From the NCBI RefSeq assembly GCF_006345805.1, contig NC_043001.1, forward strand, positions 115,816,001 to 115,880,000: DNA of 64,000 bases, written 5' to 3'. Of the stretch, positions 11,727 to 23,244 are shown in pieces. The position numbers were made by a program, and so were the translations under genes. The stretch's first letter is position 1. Each line of letters starts with the position of its first letter. The notes under the pieces were generated by a model that did not search any database, was not told the DNA's origin, and saw only the letters and a program-made list of their open reading frames with translations. The stretch comes from Octopus sinensis (taxonomy: Eukaryota).

Positions 11727-13621
11727 GAACGGTTGCTTGACCACATACCGAAAAAATAGAAATAGCAGTCAAGAATGCTTATTTCTATCAAAGTTGGACT
11801 CCGGGCATGACAGACCCTGTAATTCACATATGCAAAACAGAAGTCTGGCGGTATCTGTGAACATCATGTTTCTGAATTATAAACATATTGAATATATATT
11901 CAGCACAGCTTTCCATTGAAAAAGATTTATCATAGATTTATCAAATGCTACGTACCTCAAACCTTCTGACCATGCGACATCAAAATATTTGAAGAAAGTG
12001 AGCAAAAGCTAAACCTACATAGACGTTTGAATTCATAAATCTTCCCTCCAAAATTTTGCCATGCGCATTACAAAAATAGTTCCATAAGATGGGGAACAAT
12101 TAGGTTGTCATAAGGGAGTGAAAAATCCAAATAGTAATATAATAAGAGTAAATAATTTCTATAAAGGCTTTTAAAAAAACCCCAATTATTTACTGGTAGA
12201 ATTCGGTATGTAAATATAGCCGATTACCGGCAGGAACTTCTGTAAAGTTCAGTATATATATTGTATATAAGAAAAAGGGACAGGCAAAACAGGTTGCTTG
12301 ACCGCATACCGAAAAAATAGAAATAGCAGCCAAGAATGCTTATTTCTATCAAAGTTGGACTCCGGGCATGACAGACCCTGTAATTCACATATGCAAAACA
12401 GAGGAATAGATAACGAATACGAAGTCTGGCGGTTATCTGTGAACATCATGTTTCTGGATTATAAACATATTGAATATATATTCCATATATATTTTTGATA
12501 TATATTTCATATACATTGCATATATATTTCACATCCTTCTTCAGCACAGTTTTCCATTGAAAAGATTTATCATAGATTTATCAAATGCTACGTACCTCAA
12601 ACCTTCTGACCATGCGACATCAAAATATTTGAAGAAAGTGAGCAAAAGCTAAACCTACATAGACGTTTGAATTCATAAATCTTCCCTCCAAATTTTGCCA
12701 TGTGCATTACAAAAATAGTTCCATAAGATGGGGAACAATTAGGTTGTCATAAGGGAGTCCAACTTGATAGAAATAAGCATTCTATGACTGCTATTTCTAT
12801 TTTTCGTATGCGGTCAAGCACCTGTTTTGCCTGTCCCTTTTTCTTATATACAATATATATACTGAACTTACAGAAGTTCCTGCCGGTAATCGGCTATATT
12901 TACATACCGAATTCTACCAGTAAATAATTGGTTTTTTTAAAAGCCTTTATAGAAATTATTTACTCTTATTATTATATTACTATTTGGATTTTTCACTCTC
13001 CCTTATGACAACCTAATTGTTCCCCATCTTATGGAACTATTTTTGTAGCGCATGGCAAAATTTTGGAGGGAAGATTTATGAATTCAAACGTCTATGTAGG
13101 TTTAGCTTTTTGCTCACTTTCTTCAAATATTTTGATGTCGCATGGTCAGAAGGTTTGAGGTACGTAGCATTTGATAAATCTATGATAATCTTTTTCAATG
13201 GAAAGCTTGCTGAAGAAGGATGTGAAATATATATGCAATGTATATGAAATTATATCAAAAATATATATGGAATATATTTCAATATGTTTAATAATCCAGA
13301 AACATGATGTTCACAGATAACCGCCAGACTTCGTATTCGTATCTATTCCTTCTGTTTTTGATATGTGAATTACAGGGTCTGTCATGCCCGAGTCCAACTT
13401 TGATAGAAATAGCATTCTTGACTGCTATTTCTATTTTTTTTTTCGGTATGCGCAAGCAACCTGTTTTGCCTGTCCCTTTTTCTTATATACAATTATATAC
13501 TGAACTTTAGAGAAGTTCCTGCCGGTAATCGGCTAATATTTACATACCGAATTCTACCAGTAAATAATTGGGTTTTTTTTAAAAGCCTTTATAGAAATTA
13601 TTTACTCTTATTATTATATTA

Positions 13622-13625
<4 letters not shown>
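11727..13625. repeat. ~570-bp unit: about two direct copies followed by about 1.5 inverted copies (PLE-type architecture)
   Basis: Direct copies start at ~11727 and ~12290; inversion point ~12760; (AT)n on both flanks; CTGAAGAAGGATG motif at 13208 and its reverse complement at ~12535. Confidence 0.85.
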
Positions 13626-13653
<28 letters not shown>

Positions 13654-14039
13654 TATAGGTATGTTATTGTATAGATATGTATGTATTATATATATATATA
13701 TATATATATATGTTATGTATGTGTATATATATGACTTTACACATCGCATCATATATGAGTGCCATACTAATACATACAACCAACTAATACTACTAATACA
13801 TACTAATACATACTATAATACTAATACATACACCAGCCCTATGCATACACACGTCCAGACCTCTCATACGCACTAATACTCTCTCTACACACACACACAC
13901 ACACACCCTTATACATACTAATACATACTAATACATACACCAACCCCTATACATACACACGTCCAGACCTCTCATACGCACTAATACTCTCTCATACACA
14001 CACACACACACACACCCTTATGTTGGAGCAGGTCATTCA

Positions 14040-14316
14040 ACCCTATTATCTCCCCTAATTTCGCTCTCGCGTCTCATGTTTGATCTTTGACTTCTGGCCG
14101 AAATCAGATCGCCATGTTGATTCGTTAGTTACTGCAAGCATTTTTTTCTCTCCTTCTTTCTGTGTTTTTTTTCTCTGTGTATCTTTCTGTTGAAGAGCGT
14201 AGGCTCGAAACGTTAAAGACTTGTTTTATTTATATTTCCTGAGCGCCATACTAATACAATTGTTTGTTTGTTTTCCACCTGCCTTCGTCTTTTGTTTATT
14301 TTCATTAAGCCTCCCG

Positions 14317-14320
<4 letters not shown>
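14040..14320 (+). mobile_element. PLE terminal-repeat fragment with degenerate minimal hammerhead-like motif (14182-14219)
   Basis: TCTTT CTGTTGAAGA GCGTAGGCTC GAAA CGTT AAAGA: stem I TCTTT/AAAGA and palindromic AACGTT; the core would need a 3-nt insertion. Confidence 0.35.
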
Positions 14321-14409
<89 letters not shown>

Positions 14410-14414
<5 letters not shown>

Positions 14415-15967
14415 AAATTATAAATGAGGGTGAAAAATCGATATTAATTTAATAATACCATTAATTTAACACCAAGTGGCTTAGCACAAAAAAACTACGG
14501 AGAAAATACAAATTTATACATAAATTATTAGAGAGTGTCCACTATGTGGATAACTCTAGTGCTAAAAATAGCTCCGAAGCAACCACAGAAGATCTGTTTC
14601 CAACTAGAATCAACATACATTTAGCGGGAGGAAAGTGAAATACAACGAATAAAATAGATTGACTCTATACAATTGTTTCATTACTAATGTAATATGTAGT
14701 TTTACTTACACTTACATCTATAAATCTTCGGTAGAGTTTGTCAGAAATGCAATTAATTAGATCGATTCGAGCGTCAAAAACACGAGCGGTCCAACCAATT
14801 ACATTTTTAGTTATGTCTCAAATTCCGCGCCAAAAGCATGCCTAGACTCCATTGGAAACGTATGCCGCATCAAATAAAATATTGACTGCCGCGTAGTTAA
14901 ATTTATAAAATTATAAATGAGGGTGAAAAATCGATATTATTTAATAATACCATTAATTTAACACCAAGTGGCTTAGCACAAAAAACTACGGAGAAAATAC
15001 AAATTTATACATAAATTATTAGAGAGTTATCCACTATGTGGATAACTCTAGTGCTAAAAATAGCTCCGAAGCAACCACAGAAGATCTGTTTCCAACTAGA
15101 ATCAACATACATTTAGCGGAAGGAAAGTGAAATACAACGAATAAAATAGATTGACTCTATACAATTGTTTCATTACTAATGTAATATGTAGTTTTTTACA
15201 CTTACACTTACATCTATAAATCTTCGGTAGAGTTTGTCAGAAATGCAATTAATTAGATCGATTCGAGCGTCATGTAAGTGTAAGTAAAACTACATATTAC
15301 ATTAGTAATGAAACAATTGTATAGAGTCAATCTATTTTATTCGTTGTATTTCACTTTCCTTCCGCTAAATGTATGTTGATTCTAGTTGGAAACAGATCTT
15401 CTGTGGTTGCTTCGGAGCTATTTTTAGCACTAGAGTTATCCACATAGTGGATAACTCTCTAATAATTTATGTATAAATTTGTATTTTCTCCGTAGTTTTT
15501 TGTGCTAAGCCACTTGGTGTTAAATTAATGGTATTATTAAATTAATATCGATTTTTCACCCTCATTTATAATTTTATAAATTTAACTACGCGGCAGTCAA
15601 TATTTTATTTGATGCGGCATACGTTTCCAATGGAGTCTAGGCATGCTTTTGGCGCGGAATTTGAGACATAACTAAAAATGTAATTGGTTGGACCGCTCGT
15701 GTTTTTGACGCTCGAATCGATCTAATTAATTGCATTTCTGACAAACTCTACCGAAGATTTATAGATGTAAGTGTAAGAAACTACATATTACATTAGTAAT
15801 GAAACAATTGTATAGAGTCAATCTATTTTATTCGTTGTATTTCACTTTCCTTCCGCTAAATGTATGTTGATTCTAGTTGGAAACAGATCTTCTGTGGTTG
15901 CTTCGGAGCTATTTTTAGCACTAGAGTTATCCACATAGTGGATAACTCTCTAATAATTTATGTATAA
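14410..15967. repeat. ~493-bp unit: 1.75 direct copies then 1.4 inverted copies, between (AT)n tracts
   Basis: ataaaattataaatgagggtg at ~14412 and ~14905; inversion junction at 15271/15272; reverse-complement copies continue to ~15967. Confidence 0.9.
15745..15817 (+). ncRNA. Type I hammerhead-like motif, variant core (also on minus strand at 14662-14737 and 15154-15233)
   Basis: Stem I ACTCTA/TAGAGT; core CCGAAGA; long stem II (15759-15770 with 15788-15799); GAAA; stem III AC/GT with palindromic AATT loop; GUA triplet. Confidence 0.6.
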
Positions 15968-16454
15968 TATATATATATTATATATATATAATATATATAT
16001 GTATATACATAAATATTATATATATATATATACATAAATACATATTTACATATATAAATTTATATATATAAATACATACATTCATACATATACACGTGTA
16101 GATACCCACATACGCATATATACTATCTAAAACAAAATGAAAACCTGTTTAAGTCCAAAGGGCAGTACTAGATATTGTTAGTAATTTATATAGTTGTGGG
16201 GTGTAATTAAATGTGAATTATAAGCTAGTCAATGTTTATTCGTTTAAGTTAGCAACAGAAAAGTTGCATGTGTGTGTTTGTCTCTTCCTGTGCGAATGCA
16301 AGTGTGTTCTTCGCAAGCGAAAAACAAACACACTTAAATATTTAACTTTCATGTCTTTTTTTTATAGGATTCAAGGGAAATAACTCTAAAATATATTGTA
16401 GTTATCTTCCGTGATTATTTAGTTAAGAGAATACACATTTTCTTGATATTTTCT

Positions 16455-16660
16455 GTTTTACTCTCTTCATTTTTTCAGTTATTTGACTGTGGCCATGGTG
16501 GAGCAGCGCCCTTTATTCGAGCAAATCAACCCCAGGACTTATACTTTGTAGGCCTAATATTTAATCGATCGGTCTCTTTTCCAGAACCGCTAAGTTACGG
16601 GGACGTGAAAACACCAGCACCAGTTGTCAAGCGATGTTGGAGGGATAGACGAACAAACGT
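16455..16660 (-). mobile_element. SINE family A 3' fragment
   Basis: Diverged match to the cagtcatttgactgtggccatgctggagc tail and body. Confidence 0.7.
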
Positions 16661-16687
16661 ATATATATATATATATATTCATACACG

Positions 16688-16732
<45 letters not shown>

Positions 16733-16733
<1 letters not shown>

Positions 16734-17029
16734 ATATTATTAGTGAATTGAAGAAATGGAGTTGAACGAAGATTGAACAGAAATCGTTTTATTGCATTCT
16801 ACACGTGTTTCGAAAGGCACAATCGTTCGATTTGTTTGCTCCGCCTCTGTTCTGTTTTTGTTTTTTCCAACGGATTTCCTATTTCTTCCTGAAGAGAAAG
16901 ACACAATATGGTCTCCTTATTCAATCGGAATTTGGTAAATTGTGCCTTTCGAAACACGTGTAGAATGCAATAAAACGATTTCTGTTCAATCTTCGTTCAA
17001 CTCCATTTCTTCAATTCACTAATAATATT
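16733..17029. repeat. Inverted repeat, 91-bp arms with 115-bp spacer
   Basis: 16733-16823 is the reverse complement of 16939-17029. Confidence 0.9.
16886..16965 (+). ncRNA. Type I minimal hammerhead ribozyme motif, canonical core
   Basis: TTC CTGAAGA; stem II GAAAGACACAAT/ATTGTGCCTTTC (11 of 12 pairs); GAAA C ACGT G TA then GAA; palindromic stem III loop; stem I only 3 bp. Confidence 0.6.
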
Positions 17030-17401
17030 AAAATTCAATTATCCGCACCAACGCACGGTTGCAACACCATATGGTTGTACCTCCAACCGTGCTATCTTCT
17101 GCTGTGATTTTTGCTACCAAGGTATCGGTTAAACTTTTGATTAATCTGCAACAAGATTATTCATCTTTCTATTTCACAAAATATATATATATATATATAT
17201 ATATACATACATACATACACGCACACAGACACGTATATATATATATATATATATACGAATATAAACAAGAAGGGTAGTAATATTATTTACTACCAGGTGC
17301 CCAGCACAAAAGACGAATTAGTCATAAGACAAAAATATTATTCATATAGAAAAATATTATTCATGTAGTTATACAATTAAGGGCTCCTAAATAAAGATGC
17401 C

Positions 17402-17435
<34 letters not shown>

Positions 17436-17454
17436 TTATATATTTATTTATTTT

Positions 17455-20400
17455 TTCGCTACTTTCAGCTCAGAGCTGCGGCCATGCTGATGCACCGCCG
17501 TTTTGTGCTACACTGTTATTGCGAAGAACCTCGTCTAATATGTGGCACTTAGTGAAGAATGGAGTTTGATACAGCTACTCTCATTTGCACCTCTTGCCGT
17601 GAGGTAGGTTCATCTGGGACTCTCAACAGGAAGATGTCCAGGTTTGATTTAAAAACCGCTACATCTACTTTGTGCAAGTTCCTCAGACTCTTTGGGAGAA
17701 TATTAAAAGGCTGTGGGCCCTTGAAACCCAGGCTGTTGCAGAAGCTGGTCCTGAAGCGTGATGGCATTGCTGGGATATTTGGCACTATGCAGTGTCGTCC
17801 CGTTCTAGCATTGGTGTAGCTTACATTGCCAAAATTTGGCACAATTCCTTCCAGGATCTTCCAGACATATATTACTGCATACCTCACCCGTCTTCTCTCC
17901 AGGGAGTAGAGTCTTAGCTGTTTCAACCTTTCCCAGTAGCTGAGCTGTTGCAAAGAAAAGATCTTCTTTGTGAATCTTCTCTGGATTGCTTCAAGGTCCG
18001 CTGTTAATTTTACACTGGTGGGTGACCATAGCTGTGAGCAGTAATCCAGGCGACTGAGGACGAATGTCCGCCAGAGGACCATCATGGTTTCCTTATCTCT
18101 GGTTCTGAATGTTCTTAGGATCCACCCAGCCAGTCGTCTGCACTTTGTCGCCATCCTGGTAATGTGCACTTGGAAAGAGGTATCATCACTCATGTCGATA
18201 CCCAGGTCCCTCACAGACTTAGGCTCTGGGATTGAAATTCCCTGTGGACCGGTGTATCCTGTAAGTTTAATATTCAGTTTTGGATGCTGGTAGCGCAGGG
18301 CCTGGAATTTTTCCGCATTAAACTGCATATTATTATCCTCAGCCCATCTGTAGATTGAGTCCAACTCCTGCTGCAGGTGTGCAACATCGCTGGGGTTCTG
18401 TATTTTCTGCGAGACTTTCGTATCGTTTGCATAGCTGGCCAGAGTGGCTATCCGGGCATTTGAGAGCATATCTGAGAGGGCCACTATAAAAAGCAGTGGT
18501 CCCAAGACAGTGCCCTGTGGAACACCGCGCACTATTTGTGTGTTCATAGAGGTGACTCCATTAACCACTACTGCCTGACTCCTATCTTTCAGGAAGTCAG
18601 GCAACCACACTCTAAGTTTTCCAGCTATGCCGAGGTCACGTAGTTTGAGGCATATCATACCATTATCCACCTTGTCAAAAGCTTTTGCAAAATCAAGGTA
18701 GATTACGTCCACATTTGATTTGTTGAGTAACTGCCTCGACTCCCAGGCATAATGTTGTAAGAGCTGGGTCAGGCAGCTCCTACCTGGTCGAAAACCATGC
18801 TGGGTATCACTCAGCAAGTTATTTTCCTCAAGGAATGCGATTAGTTTCTTTCTGACTATCCGTTCCATGACTTTGCTGATGTGTGAAGTCAGAAAGATAG
18901 GCCTAAGGTTTTTGGCATCTGCTCTACTTCCCCCTTTATGTATTGGGCATATTATTCCCTCCTTCAGAATGCTTGGCAGTTTGCCATTCGGAAGAAAGCT
19001 CTGGAAGAGAATCTTGAGGGGCTTTGCCAGGGCATGCTTACACGCTTTGAGGGGGATGGCTGGGAAACCGTCTGGCCCAGCAGCTGAGTTTGTGTTCACT
19101 TCATCTATGGCTAGTAGGACATCTTTTTCGCTAATGTCAATACATTCTATTGTAACCGCCTCGCTGGTTATAGGTGAGGCGGCAAAGAAGTCCAATGGTT
19201 CGTTCACTTGTCTGTGTTCCAACGGGGTGGTAAAGTCACTTTTGAACTGGTCATTCAGCATCTCACTGATCATAGTTGGACAGTCTGTGAGGGAGCCATC
19301 CTTTTGGAGGAGGGGTCCTATCTTGTAGTGCACTGAGACTGTTTCTTTCGCGTAATGAAAGAAGGCCTTTGGGTTTGATTTAATGTTTTTTTATAACCCA
19401 GGCTTCTTTGTCTGCTTTCTCCTACACATAGGATTGTTGCAGCCTTTTTTCGATCCCCATCAGTGTTGTTTTTAGGCGGGACGTTTCGCTACTTTTGGGA
19501 TGTTGGTTGAGACGATTTGCAACCTTCGTCCGTTGTCTCATGAGGATCTTCCTGTCTCTTGGAATCTTGCTCCTATTTGTTTTGGCCTTGTGCTCTGGGA
19601 CATATTTCTGGCATACGGCTGGCACAGAAGACATGAAACATTCTAGTTTCATGTCAATGTCTGGTGTGGAGAGACATTCAAGCCAGTCCTCTCTGAGGAT
19701 CTCTTTTTGGATCGATTTCCAATCTGCTTTGTAGAAGTTCAGATTGGAGAGATTTCGGGTGCTTCCTTTAGGCTGTATGTCTCTGGTCACTTTCGACCCA
19801 AACATAGACAGCTCTATTATGTTGTGATCCGAAACTGATGTCGGTGTCACTTTCACATCATGAACGATGTCCATATTGTTCGTGAAGCAGAGATCCAGAA
19901 TATTATTCGCCCTAGTTGGCTTGAGTACAACTTGCTCCATGAATAAGGCATTGGTGAGGTTGAGCAGGGACTACACCTGTACTTGCTTGCAATGATTCAT
20001 TCCTGAGAGTATGTGACCTTCGGGCCATTTGACGTTGGGGAAGTTGAAATCACCCATAAGAAATATGGTCACGTGGTGTTCCAGATTCATAAGGATTTCT
20101 TTAATTCTTGTGAGGCAAACTTCAAACTTGCCTATGTCATTTTGGGCATCCGGTGGGCAATATGTATTGTATATGACTATATTATGTTGTCTTATGTATA
20201 CAATTAAGGTGTCACATACCGAAATTGAGTATGTCATCAAGACCTGGGGTGTGAGGTCATCTCGGATGTATACAGCAACTCCACCATGGCTCCTTTCCCT
20301 TCTGTCTGTTCACAGTATGGCATAGTTTGGTATGTGTACTTCTGCGTCCTCTATATCAAGGTTGAGGTGAGTTTCCACAAGTGCTATGCATATGGCTTGA

Positions 20401-21050
20401 TTGCATGCAGTAAGATCTCTCAGGAAAGAAATTTTGTTTCTATTTTGATGCAACAGGCCCCCCAATTTTAGTAAAAAAAGTATTGGGGGACGGCTGTGCA
20501 GGCGTTAGGGGAGACCATCCCGTGTCTGTTGACTGTGGTGGTCTTGCATAGTGGTGGGCAGGGTTCCTTCTCTGTGCTTGGTGTAGCCAGGTTAGCTGCC
20601 GGACAATTCTTTCGCCATGCATAAAAAAGACTCTTGCTCAGCTGCTGCGTTGCGCAGAACATCTGAGGAGCGCACTTCGTTTTTGAAAGTTTTCCTGGGA
20701 GACATTTCTTGTGTTCCCTCGGTAAAGTTTTTCTCTTTGAGTCCCCTGAAGTTCTGGCGGGGTGTCGGGTGGGCGAACCGGCAGTTTTTGCCGGTCCTCA
20801 CCATGCCAACATTTGCCCCGCAGGTAGAACTTACAGGTTCTTCGGTGCCTTCCAGATTTCTTCTTTCCTGAAGTGTACTGGGTGGCATTGGATCCTCCAG
20901 GGGGTTCTCTGCTGTTTGTGTCGGGGGTCGGGGTTTCAGCTTTGGTTGTTTTGCCTTTTCCCTCCCTATTTTTGTTTTCGGTCCTTCCTTTTTTCTTCTG
21001 TTTTTCTAATGTTTTATCTCTTCGTAGGACCACTGGTACAGGGGAGCTTC
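17455..21050 (-). mobile_element. Near full-length CR1/L2-group LINE (family 1)
   Basis: APE (VETHL, GGVAVY, GDFN, SDH; 19422-20480), RT (AGPDG, QHGFR, DFAKAFDKV, PQGTVLGP, YANDT, RDLG; 17549-19333), upstream CCCH-like motif at ~20770-20835, 3' tail 17455-17500. About three nonsense codons and a few 1-bp frameshifts. Confidence 0.92.
17549..19333 (-). CDS. Reverse transcriptase portion of the CR1/L2-group LINE ORF (594 aa open)
   Basis: Continuous ORF with non-LTR RT motifs; the YADD position reads YAND, so this copy is probably inactive. Confidence 0.85.
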   Translation of the reverse strand: MHYKIGPLLQKDGSLTDCPTMISEMLNDQFKSDFTTPLEHRQVNEPLDFFAASPITSEAVTIECIDISEKDVLLAIDEVNTNSAAGPDGFPAIPLKACKHALAKPLKILFQSFLPNGKLPSILKEGIICPIHKGGSRADAKNLRPIFLTSHISKVMERIVRKKLIAFLEENNLLSDTQHGFRPGRSCLTQLLQHYAWESRQLLNKSNVDVIYLDFAKAFDKVDNGMICLKLRDLGIAGKLRVWLPDFLKDRSQAVVVNGVTSMNTQIVRGVPQGTVLGPLLFIVALSDMLSNARIATLASYANDTKVSQKIQNPSDVAHLQQELDSIYRWAEDNNMQFNAEKFQALRYQHPKLNIKLTGYTGPQGISIPEPKSVRDLGIDMSDDTSFQVHITRMATKCRRLAGWILRTFRTRDKETMMVLWRTFVLSRLDYCSQLWSPTSVKLTADLEAIQRRFTKKIFSLQQLSYWERLKQLRLYSLERRRVRYAVIYVWKILEGIVPNFGNVSYTNARTGRHCIVPNIPAMPSRFRTSFCNSLGFKGPQPFNILPKSLRNLHKVDVAVFKSNLDIFLLRVPDEPTSRQEVQMRVAVSNSILH

Positions 21051-21094
21051 CGGTTTCTGCTCCCTTGGCTCCCCCATCCTTGGTCGTTCATATA

Positions 21095-21134
<40 letters not shown>

Positions 21135-21136
<2 letters not shown>

Positions 21137-21537
21137 CTCTTTACTCTTTTACTCTTTTACTTGTTTCAGTCATTTGACTGTGGCCATGCTGGAGCAACGC
21201 CTTTAGTCGAGCAAATCGACCCCGGGACTTATTCTTTGTAAGCCCAGTACTTATTCTATCGGTCTCTTTTGCCGAACCGCTAAGTGACGGGGACGTAAAC
21301 ACACCAGAATCGGTTGTAAAGCAATGCTAGGGGGACAAACACAGACACACAAACATATACACACACACTTATACATATATACATATATACGACAGGCTTC
21401 TTTCAGTTTCCGTCTACGAAATCCACTCACAAGGCATTGGTCGGCCGGGGCTATAGCAGAAGACACTTGCCCAAGATGCCACGCAGTGTGACTGAACCCG
21501 GAACCATGTAGTTGGTTAGCAAGCTACTTACCACACA

Positions 21538-21540
<3 letters not shown>
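21135..21540 (-). mobile_element. SINE family A, nearly complete
   Basis: Head, CORE-like region, internal CA/TA tract and (TAAAAGAG)n tail. Confidence 0.85.
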
Positions 21541-21574
<34 letters not shown>

Positions 21575-21594
21575 ATATATATATATAGATTAAT

Positions 21595-21636
21595 ATATAT
21601 AGATAGATAGATAGAAAGATAGATAGATAGCTAGAT

Positions 21637-21695
<59 letters not shown>

Positions 21696-21714
21696 GATAG
21701 ATGTATATATGTAC

Positions 21715-21766
<52 letters not shown>

Positions 21767-21773
21767 GATATAC

Positions 21774-21804
<31 letters not shown>

Positions 21805-21840
21805 TGTATGTATGTATGTATGTATGTATGTATGTATAAA
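21595..21840. repeat. (AGAT)n, (AT)n and (TATG)n microsatellites
   Basis: Seen directly. Confidence 0.95.
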
Positions 21841-21881
21841 TGTGTTTGTGTGTGTAAGTATCAATTTAAATATTAAGGTTT

Positions 21882-22310
21882 GAACTACACAACCAATTTC
21901 ATTCAAATTTTACACATGCCTTACTTAGGGTCCATGTAGTTTCATGAGCAAAAAAATGTTCAACTTCTTGCGTAGTGCGAGCCCATAGCAATATCATATC
22001 TTCTCCACTATGATTCCTTAAAACCTGAGAACTACACAACCAATTTCATTCAAATTTTACACTTGCCTTACTTAGGGTCGGGTGAGTGTCATCGGAAAAA
22101 ATCTTTTTGAACTCTTTGGCTAGGGCGAGTCCACAGCAATATCATATCTTCTCCACTACGATTCCCTAAAACTCCAGAACTACACAACCAATTTCATTCA
22201 AATTTTACACATGCCTTACTTAGGGTCCATGTAGTTTCATGGGCAAAAAAATGTTCAGCTTCTTGCCTAGGTCGAGCCCATTGCAATATCATATCTTCTC
22301 CACTATTTCA
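21882..22310 (+). repeat. Three copies of a ~148-bp unit, resembling internal repeats of non-autonomous Helitron/HINE-type elements
   Basis: gaactacacaaccaatttcattcaaattttacac at 21882, 22029 and 22177, preceded by (TATG)n. Confidence 0.6.
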
Positions 22311-22733
22311 GTATTACGTGTTAAAAGTGAAACGAAAACGTTTCTCTATTTTATGTCAGATATTTTCACTTTAACAATAAAAATAATAATAACACTTGAA
22401 TTATATGTAGTAAGTAATAATTAAAATCAAACTAAAGTATAATATAATCGTAACATAACAAAGGTAAAAATAGCAATTGGTATAAAATTGCATCAAGGAT
22501 TTGAACTTGAATAAGTGGTTTCACATGAATGGGAATAAATTAAAAATAAAATTAGCGTGCAGAAATGGAATAGTCCTACAATTCCAGTCTGTTATATATT
22601 TTGAGTATTGTTATCACTAGCGATATCAAGATATAACTTTGTATTTTGTATTTTATGTGTAGATGCATATATATAGATGTACATGTAATATGTACACATA
22701 TATATACACATATATACATGCACTAGCACTATG

Positions 22734-22989
22734 GAAGATATCTAATCAGAGGCGGTAAATTCGCCACAATAGAAGCAAGGTTCGAGTCAATGGAGCATGC
22801 AAGGGAGTACTCGACACGAACTTGCAAAGTAGAAATATTTTATTTTTACCTTTATATCTGGGACGTAGGACGTCGCGGATAAAAATTTAAAATGTCCCCC
22901 CAGAAGTAGAGGTCGGCTGGATTGTAGCCACACTTCTATACAAGAGAGAGGACAAGATACAATTGATTGAAATTGTAAGAGACGGGCTA
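22734..22989 (+). pseudogene. Internal Tx1-type ORF1 fragment between ~155-bp direct repeats
   Basis: YLIRGGKFATIEARFESMEHAREYSTR..LPLYLGRRTSRI..VPPEVEVGWIVATLL aligns by eye with ORF1 at 77-538; repeats at 22578-22733 and 22990-23145. Confidence 0.7.
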
Positions 22990-23244
22990 ACAATTACAGT
23001 TTGTTATATAATTTGTGTATTGTTATCACTAGCGATATCAAGATATAACTCTGTATTTTGTATTTTATGTGTAGATGAATATATATAGATGTACATGTAA
23101 TATGAACACATATATAGACACATATATACATGCACTAGCACTATGACCTGGCAAAGACGAGCCATAATGCTAGTAGTCTTTAAATTCACCATTCTCAATG
23201 TTTCAAACATTCATACAATTAATCTTAGAAACATTCATTATTGA

